The translations under genes were made by a program, and so were the position numbers. This document shows positions 1 to 9,494 of a stretch of DNA of 39,262 nucleotides, in pieces. Every line of letters begins with the position of its first letter. Position 1 is the stretch's first letter. Below the pieces are notes generated by a model. The model was not told where the DNA came from. It made no database searches and worked only from the letters and a program-made list of their open reading frames with translations. The stretch lies in the NCBI GenBank assembly GCA_041548245.1, contig JBFESZ010000010.1, positions 1 to 39,262 of the forward strand, read 5' to 3'. The stretch comes from Sulfurimonadaceae bacterium. Its GTDB lineage: Bacteria; Campylobacterota; Campylobacteria; Campylobacterales; Sulfurimonadaceae.

Positions 1-69
1 AACTTTAGAGAAGTCCTTGAGATGGCAGACAACCTTATGTATGAGAACAAAAAACACAAAAACCGATAA
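1..69 (+). CDS. 3' end of a GGDEF-domain (diguanylate cyclase) protein, truncated by the window edge
   Basis: Frame 1 reads NFREVLEMADNLMYENKKHKNR-stop; AD-x-x-MY-x-x-K is the typical C-terminal GGDEF motif. Confidence 0.7.
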   Translation, partial: NFREVLEMADNLMYENKKHKNR

Positions 70-900
70 CTATACCTTGATATGCCAAGGCTCGAAACGC
101 ACGCCAAAAGGATTCCCTTCCGGATAGCGGATAGAGATATACCCTAGCTTTTGAAGAGACTTGTATTCGCTTGTAAGGGCAAAGCTTGAAGTAAAATTCT
201 TCTGGCCGAAACCTACTTTTCCTACATCAAAGTCACCTATTCCGTGGAACGAATATCCCGGAGGTGCCAACGAATGCGCTGCTTTGGAATAGTTGCCCTC
301 TAGCTTGTCAGCCTTGTATAAAAACAGATCGAGTTGCTTGACAACAGAGCGTACACCTGAAGTAAGTATAATAGAAGGTCCAACCTCTTTTTTAAGCTTT
401 GTATAAAGCTCTAGAGGCTCACCCTTGTAAAGATAGTGACCGGTATGTGGAACTTTTATAGTATCGCGTTCAGAAATCGTATCCGTAAGGTTACCTGTGA
501 CCTTTTTACCGTAAAATCCATACTCTGATGCTTCTGTATAGAATATTTTCTCAATATACTCAAGCTCACACTTGCTGAACGAACCAATCTTGGTGTACTC
601 TTTAGAGATATTGAGCAATTGATCAAACCCCAAAAGATTGAAATTTCCGTATCCAACCAGTTTTTGAATCTTTTTAAGTTTTAAAGAGATCTCTTTGAGC
701 AGAAGTCTCTCTTGATTACCTGCCAAAACAGGTTTTTTCTGTATTATCTCTTTTGCGAAGTTGGTACACTGTTTATGATCAAGTCTCAAATGGTCTTGTA
801 TATAAAGGTCAGCATTCGAATCAGGCATTGCCATAAGTGTCTGTGAAGTACCCATAAGGAGTGTTGAAGTACTTAATTTAAAAAAATCTCTACGATTCAC
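70..900 (-). CDS. Tat-exported M15B (VanY-like) D-alanyl-D-alanine carboxypeptidase
   Basis: N-terminal MNRRDFFK twin-arginine motif; SGVRS, APPGYSFH-x5-D (SxH..D) and EPWH zinc-peptidase motifs. Confidence 0.85.
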   Translation of the reverse strand: MNRRDFFKLSTSTLLMGTSQTLMAMPDSNADLYIQDHLRLDHKQCTNFAKEIIQKKPVLAGNQERLLLKEISLKLKKIQKLVGYGNFNLLGFDQLLNISKEYTKIGSFSKCELEYIEKIFYTEASEYGFYGKKVTGNLTDTISERDTIKVPHTGHYLYKGEPLELYTKLKKEVGPSIILTSGVRSVVKQLDLFLYKADKLEGNYSKAAHSLAPPGYSFHGIGDFDVGKVGFGQKNFTSSFALTSEYKSLQKLGYISIRYPEGNPFGVRFEPWHIKV

Positions 901-934
901 TAAAAACCTTAAAATATCCGCTACAATTTCACGA

Positions 935-943
935 ATTATATCA
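935..943 (-). promoter_or_regulatory. Extended -10 promoter (TGaTATAAT) for the M15 peptidase gene
   Basis: Minus strand reads TGATATAAT about 35 nt upstream of the GTG start, with an AAGG ribosome-binding site between. Confidence 0.55.
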
Positions 944-1000
944 CAACCCGCTTTATTTGGGAAAATTCTTTAATCAGCTTTATAAATACAATGAGACTTT

Positions 1001-2305
1001 ATGAAATATCTTTTACTTTTTTTTACAACGATCAGCCTGTTTGGCTCAATTCATACAATTCGTGTTTTAGATAAAGAGACACTTTTACCCATACAGGGTG
1101 CACTGGTAAGCAATCAAAAGTGCATTATAAAAAGTGACAAAACAGGTCAAGCTTCGCTTGAGCAGTTTAATGAAAAGCTGTTTGTCAAAGCCTACGGCTA
1201 TAAGCAAAAAAACGTTGATACAAATACAACAACGGTTTTACTCGAGCCTTTTAAATCCAAGGCTATTTATGTCTCTTTTTGGGCTGCAGGTTCAAAAAAA
1301 TTCATGAAGCGCATTGTAGAACTCACTAAAGAGACTGAGATCAACACGGTCATCGTCGATATCAAAAACGAGTATGGAGACCTCTCTTATTTGAGCAATG
1401 TGGAACTTGCAAAAAAAATAGGAGCACATCAGAACAGAAAAATTTTCAATATAGAAAAGTTTATTAGAGAGCTAAAAGAAAATGGTTTGTATGTCATTGG
1501 CAGGGTTGTGGTATTCAAAGACGAGAGATTGGCGAATCACAACAGTCTCTACGCATTAAAGACACAAGACGGAAATATTTGGAGAAACCGAGAAGGGCTG
1601 GCCTGGGTTGACCCTTTTGAAGAAAAAGTGCATGAGTATGTCTCTTCCATTGCTGCAGACGCCGCATCCAGAGGATTTGACGAGATAAACTTTGATTACG
1701 TCCGTTTCCCACTTAACAAAGCCCTTGTCTTTAAAAAAGAATCAACCCAAGATAATAGAGTCTCGGCAATATCCAGTTTCTTGAAAACAGCGAATGAGGC
1801 CCTCTTACCATACAACGTCTATACTTCTGTAGATACCTATGGTTATGTTTGCTGGAATAACAATGACACCAAAATAGGCCATACAATAGAGTCGCTTTCA
1901 CGTTATAGTGATTATATAGCTCCCATGCTTTATCCATCAGGTTTTGGACCGGGTATACTAGGATATAAAAACCCGACAAACCACCCTTACGAGGTCATTA
2001 ACGAAAGTATTAATGAGGCATTAAAAAAGTCAGATATCTCATCGTTGCGCTTTAGACCGTGGCTTCAATCATTCAAGGACTATGGCTATGATCGTAAACT
2101 TTTCCGTTCAAAAGAGATATCGGCACAAATTAAAGGTGCACAAAACGCTGCATGTAGCGGCTGGATGCTTTGGAATCCCTCCAGCAGATTCAGTAAGAAA
2201 GGGCTTCAGGACGTTGCGTGCAACTATCCAGTCTTGCCTACATTAAACAATGCAATCAAACCGACATACTGCTTTCGTCAAGAAGAGATCAAATATATTC
2301 CCTAG
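1001..2305 (+). CDS. Secreted putative glycoside hydrolase (DUF4015-type TIM barrel) with an N-terminal carboxypeptidase-regulatory-like domain
   Basis: Signal peptide; VLDKETLLPIQGALV...KAYGY N-domain; NTVIVDIK, GRVVVFKD, WVDP, GFDEINFDYVRFP, PMLYPS, RPWLQSF and GWMLWN motifs. Confidence 0.8.
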   Translation: MKYLLLFFTTISLFGSIHTIRVLDKETLLPIQGALVSNQKCIIKSDKTGQASLEQFNEKLFVKAYGYKQKNVDTNTTTVLLEPFKSKAIYVSFWAAGSKKFMKRIVELTKETEINTVIVDIKNEYGDLSYLSNVELAKKIGAHQNRKIFNIEKFIRELKENGLYVIGRVVVFKDERLANHNSLYALKTQDGNIWRNREGLAWVDPFEEKVHEYVSSIAADAASRGFDEINFDYVRFPLNKALVFKKESTQDNRVSAISSFLKTANEALLPYNVYTSVDTYGYVCWNNNDTKIGHTIESLSRYSDYIAPMLYPSGFGPGILGYKNPTNHPYEVINESINEALKKSDISSLRFRPWLQSFKDYGYDRKLFRSKEISAQIKGAQNAACSGWMLWNPSSRFSKKGLQDVACNYPVLPTLNNAIKPTYCFRQEEIKYIP

Positions 2306-2992
2306 TTAATTGATTATTTTCAAGGAAAACTCATTGATTTGCATTTGCACCTCTTTATAATCGGGTACAAACTCTTCTACCAAGGCATAAAAGTCCTTTG
2401 AATGATTAAGATGTCGTAGGTGGGCCAATTCATGAACGATGACATAGTCTATCATGGTTGGTGTCAGTTTCATCACGTAGGGGTTTAGTGTAATAACTCC
2501 CTTGGCAGTACAACTTCCCCATCGTCGTTTGGCCAGACGGAAATTAAGACCACTGAAACAGAGTCCCATTTTCTCTCTCCAATACTCGATACGCTCTGGA
2601 AGATATCTTCTTGCAGAAGACTTATAAAAATCATCGCTATGCTTTTTCGCATTAACTGGATTGATGAAGACATGACCTTCATGTAATTGGAAATCACCAT
2701 TATGGTATTCAATAATATGCTCTTGACCAAAATGATATAAAACTGAACCTTGTAAAAACGGTTGTTCTAAAGTACGGTTTCTTGATAGTATCCACTCTTT
2801 TTGAGCACAGATGAAGGCATGAATTCTTTTACGAGAGATTCCTGTTGCACTGCTAATACGTATCTCATTTTGCCTTTCAATACGCATGACAATGCGCTTC
2901 ATATTTTTGCGTTTTGTATGTTTAATCTCAAAAGATATATCATCAATAAGTATACTTGATATTTGACTAGATGGGAACAGAAATTCAAGCAT
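2306..2992 (-). CDS. YgjP/DUF45-family zinc metallohydrolase (M48/SprT-like)
   Basis: KRRWGSC, LNP and IDYVIVHELAH-x2-HLNHS-x2-FY motifs; ATG at 2992 overlaps the queC 3' end. Confidence 0.85.
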   Translation of the reverse strand: MLEFLFPSSQISSILIDDISFEIKHTKRKNMKRIVMRIERQNEIRISSATGISRKRIHAFICAQKEWILSRNRTLEQPFLQGSVLYHFGQEHIIEYHNGDFQLHEGHVFINPVNAKKHSDDFYKSSARRYLPERIEYWREKMGLCFSGLNFRLAKRRWGSCTAKGVITLNPYVMKLTPTMIDYVIVHELAHLRHLNHSKDFYALVEEFVPDYKEVQMQINEFSLKIIN

Positions 2993-3650
2993 ATGCAATA
3001 GGATCAGTTACACCGGCTTGTTTAAAACCGTTTAAGCGCAGACGGCAGCTATCGCAGACACCGCAAGCCTTGCCTTCACTTTGATAACAGCTCCATGTCA
3101 GCTCCAATGCCACATTGTGTTCAAGTGATTTTTTAACAATTTGGGATTTTTTCAAATGCACGAGAGGCATCTTTATCTCAAGGCGTGTCTCATCCTTTGT
3201 CCCAAGGTTAATACTTTTTTGCATTGATGTAATATACTCTTCTCTACAATCTGGATAACCACTACTGTCTTCTTCTACAACTCCAATACTAAGGACAGTA
3301 GCACCTTCTTTTTCAGCTATAGCCGTGGCAATAGAGATAAAAATACCGTTTCTAAAGGGAACATAGGTGACAGGCACACCCTCTTCTAACCCATTTACAG
3401 GCACATCTATATTTCTGTCAACAAGGGCAGAAGCGCCTATCTGTGAAAAAAAGTCAAGATTGATGATGTAAGGATCTTTTATATTCAACTCTTTACAAAT
3501 GGCCTTGAATGCTTCAAGCTCTTTTGTTTGTGTACGCTGTTCATAATTAAAGTGCAGACCTATGACTTCATACCCTTCATCTCTCATCATATAAGCTGCC
3601 AACGTGGAGTCCATCCCCCCACTCATGATACAAACGGCTTTTTTACTCAT
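2985..3650 (-). CDS. queC: 7-cyano-7-deazaguanine (preQ0) synthase
   Basis: SGGMDS, TYVPFRN, GYPDCR, TWSCY and CGVCDSC motifs; start moved to the ATG at 3650 (AGGAG RBS, ATGA overlap with the upstream gene). Confidence 0.95.
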   Translation of the reverse strand: MSKKAVCIMSGGMDSTLAAYMMRDEGYEVIGLHFNYEQRTQTKELEAFKAICKELNIKDPYIINLDFFSQIGASALVDRNIDVPVNGLEEGVPVTYVPFRNGIFISIATAIAEKEGATVLSIGVVEEDSSGYPDCREEYITSMQKSINLGTKDETRLEIKMPLVHLKKSQIVKKSLEHNVALELTWSCYQSEGKACGVCDSCRLRLNGFKQAGVTDPIAYA

Positions 3651-5323
3651 CTTTTCTCCTGTCCAAGTTCTTTTATGATCACATCGGCAACACGAAATGC
3701 ATTCGCATAAATCGTCCATGTAAAAGGGACGCTTCCACCAGTTGGCATGAAGCTTCCATCACTTACATATAGATTATTAATTTCATGCGCCCTGCAATCT
3801 TTATTTAAGACTGATGTTTTGGGATCATTTCCAAAACGGCACCCTCCTGCTTGCAAGTTTTGCGGAGGTGTCTCAGAGATGGATGAACTGATTTCACGTG
3901 CTCCTATCTGCTTTAAAAGATCTTCTGCTTGCTTTGCAATGTACTCACCCACATTGACATCGTAAGGATGAGCACCGATCCTTACTTTTGCCACAGGCAT
4001 GCCCCATTTATCTTTCACTGTCTCATCCAAACTGATGAAACAGTCATCATGCGGTGTCCAGTCGCAAAAGATTTCAAATGTAAATATTCTTCTCTTCTTA
4101 AAATGGTGTAACAAACGACTTTTTAAGGCATCTCCCCAGACAAGGCCGCCATCATACATCGCCCTTTTGGCACGTGATACGGCATTAGGGTGCTCAAACA
4201 AAAAGTCTACTGTGCCACCTTTTTTAGGTTTATCATTATTGTTAGAGTTGATCTCATACCAGTCTTGCAATGATCTGTTCACAAAAGGCCCCACACTCTT
4301 CAATGCAGTGGCATCTTCAGAGGAAAAATCCTCATAATAAAATGCTCCTTTACCGACTCCTCCAGCAGAAAATATCAAGTTTTTTCCGACTTGTGATGAG
4401 TTATTCGCCAATCCTTTTGGAAAATAGGTGTTGGCTGAGTTCAGTAATAAACGGGCAGTCTCGATAGCCTGTGCCGCAACAACATATATTTTTGCATCAA
4501 CCGTATGCGTAACTCCCTCTTTATCAATATATTCAGCACCTATAACCTTTTTTGCATCGCTTCTCAATCGCTTGACAAAAGAGTGCGGTAATATCATGCA
4601 ATTTCCTGTTTTAAGAGCCTTGTTCAGCAGCGCTTCTCTTGAACTTCCTTTTGCCCCGGATGAACAGCCGTAACTGCCACAATAACCGGCATACTCACAT
4701 GATCTTCTATCTCCATCGTCTGATGAGAGGATTGCTCTGGCTGTGGGAATCGAATAAAGCTTTTGCTTTTGACAGGCCTTGTCAAACCATGACGATATGA
4801 TATGTTCATTGGTTGGCTTGTACGGATAATCTTCGCTGGAACGTGGTTCTAAAAAAGGATGCTTGACCACCCGACCTGAGATCCCGACGATCGATTCAAC
4901 TTTTGTATAATAGGGTTCCAGATCATCATAGCTTATGGGCCAGTCAACAATATTTGAGTTGTCTATATCTGCATATTCGCTTTTCAATGCGAAATCTTTT
5001 GGCTTCATTCGGTGAAAATAGCCACTCATGAAATTGGAAGAACCGCCAACGATATTGCCATTCCAAAAATCCCATCCGGACTCAGATGTAGGAGTACCTG
5101 TCCATTCACTGTCTGTCTTCTCCTCAATGACATGTTGCTCTTCGTTCAAAGGTGGTGTAAAAGTCGAGCGTCTGCATACGCCAATCTCATCTTTAAAAAA
5201 GTCCTCCCTCTTATACCAGCCACCTTTCTCAAGTACCACGACCTTGTATCCCGCTTGTGACAATTCGTACGCAACAGGACCGGCACCGGCGCCACTGCCT
5301 ACAATACAAACATCACACTTCAT
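3647..5323 (-). CDS. GMC-family flavoprotein oxidoreductase (gluconate 2-dehydrogenase large-subunit-like)
   Basis: GSGAGA FAD-binding motif, VGGSS, WPISYDDLEPYY, Cys cluster CEYAGYCGSYGC, NLYVSDGSFMPTGG; start at 5323 or 5335. Confidence 0.88.
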   Translation of the reverse strand: MKCDVCIVGSGAGAGPVAYELSQAGYKVVVLEKGGWYKREDFFKDEIGVCRRSTFTPPLNEEQHVIEEKTDSEWTGTPTSESGWDFWNGNIVGGSSNFMSGYFHRMKPKDFALKSEYADIDNSNIVDWPISYDDLEPYYTKVESIVGISGRVVKHPFLEPRSSEDYPYKPTNEHIISSWFDKACQKQKLYSIPTARAILSSDDGDRRSCEYAGYCGSYGCSSGAKGSSREALLNKALKTGNCMILPHSFVKRLRSDAKKVIGAEYIDKEGVTHTVDAKIYVVAAQAIETARLLLNSANTYFPKGLANNSSQVGKNLIFSAGGVGKGAFYYEDFSSEDATALKSVGPFVNRSLQDWYEINSNNNDKPKKGGTVDFLFEHPNAVSRAKRAMYDGGLVWGDALKSRLLHHFKKRRIFTFEIFCDWTPHDDCFISLDETVKDKWGMPVAKVRIGAHPYDVNVGEYIAKQAEDLLKQIGAREISSSISETPPQNLQAGGCRFGNDPKTSVLNKDCRAHEINNLYVSDGSFMPTGGSVPFTWTIYANAFRVADVIIKELGQEKR

Positions 5324-5849
5324 AATTGATCTCATCTATGTACTTTGGCTGAGGGAACCCTGCTTGATGTTCCAGCCATTTCCAGCCGATTTCACCCTGA
5401 TTGGAGCCATAAACAGGAGAGGAAAGCAGGGCTTCAAAGATATATGTCAATATGGTTTCAATAAAGTTCTCGCCCCATCTCTCTTTTGATACTTTTTGCA
5501 AAAGCCTCTCTTTATCCGGAATACTTAAGTTTAGAAAGCTTTTGTCAAACTCCTCATAGGAGCTCTCTTCAACCCAACGCGCACCTTTCAGAAGATAGTC
5601 TCTATCCTCTTGTAAAATCCGTTTATCACTAAGGACTTGGCTAAGGTAGTGTGCAATATTCAAATCCAATGCACCTGGGCCTAGCTTTGATTGGGGAAAG
5701 AGGTGGTATGCGCAATGCAAAAGCACCTGCACTTCATTGGCATGTATCTTGACATTTTCATTTCTTCTCTTAAACCAAAACAATGTTCCTATACCTATGG
5801 CAAGTGTGGAACCTATAAATACTCGTCGTGACATAGTGTTATGCTTCAA
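5313..5849 (-). CDS. Gluconate 2-dehydrogenase subunit 3 family protein with a Tat signal
   Basis: SRRVF twin-arginine signal; P-x4-PGA and C-terminal PVYGSN-x3-GWKWL-x4-GFP motifs; overlaps the GMC gene start. Confidence 0.85.
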   Translation of the reverse strand: MKHNTMSRRVFIGSTLAIGIGTLFWFKRRNENVKIHANEVQVLLHCAYHLFPQSKLGPGALDLNIAHYLSQVLSDKRILQEDRDYLLKGARWVEESSYEEFDKSFLNLSIPDKERLLQKVSKERWGENFIETILTYIFEALLSSPVYGSNQGEIGWKWLEHQAGFPQPKYIDEINYEV

Positions 5850-6014
5850 TGGCCTGCCTTTGAGTATTTTTTTGTTATTCTACCATACAATGAAATGTCA
5901 GCAGCATTATGGATGAAATCGAAAATAAATTTATTTTTTTAATTTTTTATACTGGGAAGCCATAAAAAAAACTATGCTAGTATATTAGAATAAAAAGGCC
6001 GTAAAGGATTGAGC

Positions 6015-6206
6015 ATGCAAGTCAGTGGTGGAGCTGGTATCACAGCAATGAAAAAAGCAGAAGAAGTTCAAGAACAGACGGTCATGAGATTGTTAAATGA
6101 CAGTGCTCAACAACTTCAACAGCAGCGAGAGAATACGCAAGAAACACAAAAAGTCTCAGGTGCAAAATTAACTGGGCTTGGAATTGGACTAGACATCAAA
6201 GGCTAG
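6015..6206 (+). CDS. Small YjfB-like (putative motility) protein
   Basis: MKKA-x2-VQ-x5-LL and C-terminal GLG-x2-LDI pattern; AAGGA RBS 6 nt before the ATG at 6015. Confidence 0.6.
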   Translation: MQVSGGAGITAMKKAEEVQEQTVMRLLNDSAQQLQQQRENTQETQKVSGAKLTGLGIGLDIKG

Positions 6207-6310
6207 TCTTCACAAGCTTATATAAACTTTCATTAGACAATTCTATATAATTCATTTCATATAATTGCCATATCAAATTGTTTTTACTTTCTCAAGATAA
6301 AATATCATTT

Positions 6311-6733
6311 ATGATTGAAATAGAAAACCAGAGTGATTTAAGACTCCCTACAGAGACACTTGAAAAGATCACCAAAAGCCTTTCCGATAAGAATGTCGAC
6401 CTGCTTGTGACTGATAATAATCAGATTAGAGAGATTAACCGTGAATACAGATCAATCGATAAAGCGACTGATGTATTAAGTTTTCCTTTTGATGAAACAC
6501 CAATGGCCCCTTTGGGAAGTATAGTCATCTCAAGCGATTACGTAAAAGCCCTATCAAAAGAACTGAACCACTCTGAAGAAGATGAGTTTTGCCTTCTTTA
6601 TATACATGGCCTGCTTCATTTACTTGGTTATGACCATGAAGTGGACAATGGAGAGATGCGTGAGAAAGAGAGAGAACTTATAGAGTCTTTCAATCTACCA
6701 CAAAGTCTAATTATACGTACACAGGAGAATTAG
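6311..6733 (+). CDS. ybeY: rRNA maturation endoribonuclease YbeY
   Basis: N-x2-YR-x-IDKATDVLSFP and HGLLHLLGYDH motifs; ATG at 6311. Confidence 0.95.
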   Translation: MIEIENQSDLRLPTETLEKITKSLSDKNVDLLVTDNNQIREINREYRSIDKATDVLSFPFDETPMAPLGSIVISSDYVKALSKELNHSEEDEFCLLYIHGLLHLLGYDHEVDNGEMREKERELIESFNLPQSLIIRTQEN

Positions 6734-7668
6734 TGGATTTTATTATTTTTATAGCTTCGATGTCGGCATTAATATTTGGTGCTGATTTCATTATCAAAGA
6801 ATCAGAGCGTATTGCCCTGCACTTTGATATCTCGCATTTTGTTATCGGAGCGACTCTTATAGCTTTTGGCACTTCACTGCCTGAAATGGCAGCATCAATG
6901 ATTGCAAGTTACCATAATAAAAGTGATCTTGCTGTTGCAAATGTTGTTGGAAGTGTGAGTTTTAATATCACACTTGTACTTGGAAGTGTCTTCCTGATCG
7001 CTAAAAAAATGGATCCTAAGCGTGATCTTTTCGCAAAAGACAGTGCGTGGATAATAATGCCTGTTGTTCTGTTTATGCTAATGGTAATTGACGGTAATAT
7101 ATCCCGAACAGAAGGTTTTCTATTCCTGTTTTTGATGGTGGCTTATCTAATCTTCTTGTTTCGTGACTCAAAAGAGGATTTTGAAGCTGAAATAGACGCC
7201 AGTTTAACAAAGGAAAAGTTTAATTGGCTGACGCCTTTGGTACTATTAAGTATGGGCTTTATATTGACTATAGGTGGTGCTAACTTTGTTGTTGAGAGTG
7301 GAAGCAATATTGCACGTATGTTCGGTGTGAGCGAATGGATTATCGGACTTTTTTTGATTTCATTAGGTACATCACTTCCTGAACTCGTCGTCTCAATAGT
7401 GGCAATAAGAAAAGGAAACTCTGAAATGAGTATCGGGAATATTATCGGATCAAATGTTGCTAACTTTTCGATGGTCCTAGGTGGTTCTGCACTTGTCTCA
7501 CCTTTGGTAGTAAGTGTTAAAGAAAACCTGTTCGACATCAGTATCTTGATTGCTGCTTCAATATCTTTACTGCTAATTTTGGCGAACAAACTCTATAATA
7601 AAGCGGGAGCCGTATTTTTGCTTCTCATTTTGGCTCTTTTCGTAAATAACGCTTTACAAAGCCTTTAA
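6733..7668 (+). CDS. Calcium/sodium antiporter (YrbG/CaCA family)
   Basis: Two GTSLPE alpha-repeats with NVVGS/NIIGSN; multiple hydrophobic segments. Confidence 0.92.
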   Translation: MDFIIFIASMSALIFGADFIIKESERIALHFDISHFVIGATLIAFGTSLPEMAASMIASYHNKSDLAVANVVGSVSFNITLVLGSVFLIAKKMDPKRDLFAKDSAWIIMPVVLFMLMVIDGNISRTEGFLFLFLMVAYLIFLFRDSKEDFEAEIDASLTKEKFNWLTPLVLLSMGFILTIGGANFVVESGSNIARMFGVSEWIIGLFLISLGTSLPELVVSIVAIRKGNSEMSIGNIIGSNVANFSMVLGGSALVSPLVVSVKENLFDISILIAASISLLLILANKLYNKAGAVFLLLILALFVNNALQSL

Positions 7669-7706
7669 TATACGAGGGCTTCTTAAACCCAAGTCAGCCC
7701 AGAAAC

Positions 7707-9494
7707 TTATTGTTTAATGTATCCATATTCCAATAACTTATTATAAATCCCGGAGACAAGCGGGCCTGCTGCCTGTCCTCCGTGCCCTCCGTGCTCTATT
7801 AGGGCAGTGACAATATATTGAGGGTTTTTATATGGGCCATACGTTGTAAACCAGGCATGTGAACGCTGTACATATGCCAGTTCATGTTCTTTCAAACGTT
7901 TTTTTGTCTTTTGTGAAATACCGACAACCTGCGCTGTACCTGTCTTACCTGCTATTTTAACCTTTGAACTCAGATATTGCGTTGCCGTTCCTTTGGGATG
8001 GTTGCACACTTCTCGCATCGCCCTCTGTATAAGGGGCAACTGTTTTTTCTGTTTATCAGTTAAGACATCTTCAAGTACAGGGACAAAGGGCTCATCGCCC
8101 TTGGTCTTTAAAAAGTGGGGCACAGGTAGTTTTCCTGTTGCCATTAAAGCTGTGAACTGTGATATCTGCATTGGTGTTGCAAGAAAATCCCCCTGACCGA
8201 TTGATGAGTTCAGGGTTTCACCAATATACCAAGGCTTTCCAAATTTCTGCATCTTCCAGTCACGACTTGGTACCGTTCCAAAATATTCATTAGGCAAGTC
8301 AACTCCGGTCTTTTTCCCTAAACCAAAGTTCATAAGTTGCTCGGACATCTCAGATATGCCTACACGCAGACTTCCCTTGTAAAAATAGATGTCACAACTC
8401 TCGCGTATGGCCTTAATAAGGTCTGTTTCTTGATGACCTTCATGCTTCCAGCAACGAAACTTCCTGTTATTCTTACCCAGTGTCATCTCACCTGCACAGT
8501 CAAATTTAGTCCAAGGGGTCATCTTCGGTGTTGTAACATAGGCCAGTCCTAAACCTGTTTTAATTGTTGAGCCAGGAGGGTACAAACCGTTGACAAGCTT
8601 GTTTGTGAATGGTTTATCAAGGTCGTCAATCAACTCTTTCCATCGCACACTAGAGATACCGGATACAAAAGTATTGAGATCATATTCTGGATAGGATCCG
8701 GCAGCAATGATGGCACCTTGCGTATCCATGACAACTACCGCACCGGCTTTGTCCCTAAAATACTCTTCAAGATATTTTTGAAGACGAAGATCAAGAGTAA
8801 GTACCAGCTTTTGATGCTCTTTGGGTGATTTAAAACTCAACTGCTCCATCTCTTCATTGTATGCACTGACCTTGATCTCTCTTTGCCCCACATCTCCTTG
8901 AAGAAAATCATTATAAAATTTCTCGATACCGCTCTTTCCTGTAGAACCGGTTAGTTTGGCGACCAAGTTTCCTTCTACATCTTCTTTATTCGCTTTGGCC
9001 ACATAACCAATGATATGTGCACCAAGTTTTTTATTAGGATAGTATCGTTTTGGCGATGGGAGAAGTTTGATGTTTTCATTAAGACTCATTTTGGAATATA
9101 CCGGAATAGCATCTTCATAAGATATGAAATCGACAACATTAATATAGTGATGGTTATAATAAGAATCTTTTTTTATATACGTTTCTCTTAACTCATCTAC
9201 CTCCAAAAATGGAAACATCGAGACAATAGTGTTCAGTTCTTTTTGCAGGTCTCCATTTTTCCTTGACAAATGAGGAGCAACCTGAAGTTTAAAACCCAGT
9301 TTGTTAATGGCAAGAGGCTGATTGTTTCTGTCAAGTATCTCCCCTCTTATCGGGGATATGTATTCAAACTTTATTGTATTCCTATTCGCCATCTCATCAT
9401 AATAGTTGTTAGACTGAATAGACAGATAGTATATTCGTACAAGCAGTGACACCCATACCAAAACAAATATAAGCAGTACGAACTTTATTCTCAT
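7707..9494 (-). CDS. mrdA: Penicillin-binding protein 2 (class B transpeptidase)
   Basis: N-terminal TM, RGEILDRN, YPPGSTIK (SxxK), SCDIYFY, KTGTAQV, SHAWF. Confidence 0.95.
   Translation of the reverse strand: MRIKFVLLIFVLVWVSLLVRIYYLSIQSNNYYDEMANRNTIKFEYISPIRGEILDRNNQPLAINKLGFKLQVAPHLSRKNGDLQKELNTIVSMFPFLEVDELRETYIKKDSYYNHHYINVVDFISYEDAIPVYSKMSLNENIKLLPSPKRYYPNKKLGAHIIGYVAKANKEDVEGNLVAKLTGSTGKSGIEKFYNDFLQGDVGQREIKVSAYNEEMEQLSFKSPKEHQKLVLTLDLRLQKYLEEYFRDKAGAVVVMDTQGAIIAAGSYPEYDLNTFVSGISSVRWKELIDDLDKPFTNKLVNGLYPPGSTIKTGLGLAYVTTPKMTPWTKFDCAGEMTLGKNNRKFRCWKHEGHQETDLIKAIRESCDIYFYKGSLRVGISEMSEQLMNFGLGKKTGVDLPNEYFGTVPSRDWKMQKFGKPWYIGETLNSSIGQGDFLATPMQISQFTALMATGKLPVPHFLKTKGDEPFVPVLEDVLTDKQKKQLPLIQRAMREVCNHPKGTATQYLSSKVKIAGKTGTAQVVGISQKTKKRLKEHELAYVQRSHAWFTTYGPYKNPQYIVTALIEHGGHGGQAAGPLVSGIYNKLLEYGYIKQ

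Noticed and set aside
3651..3719. Cys-rich N-terminal extension of QueC (MDDLCECISCCRC)
   Set aside because: It is an alternate frame of the GMC 3' end; the RBS and ATGA overlap support a start at 3650.
5028..5489. This and other 60-150 aa ORFs nested in or antisense to recognised genes (e.g. 7143-7589, 20327-20764, 23507-23908)
   Set aside because: Shadow frames with no start signals or recognisable motifs.
5971..6008. Sigma-28 promoter for the YjfB-like gene
   Set aside because: GCCGTAA resembles the -10 element but abuts the RBS and lacks a correctly spaced TAAA; not supportable.
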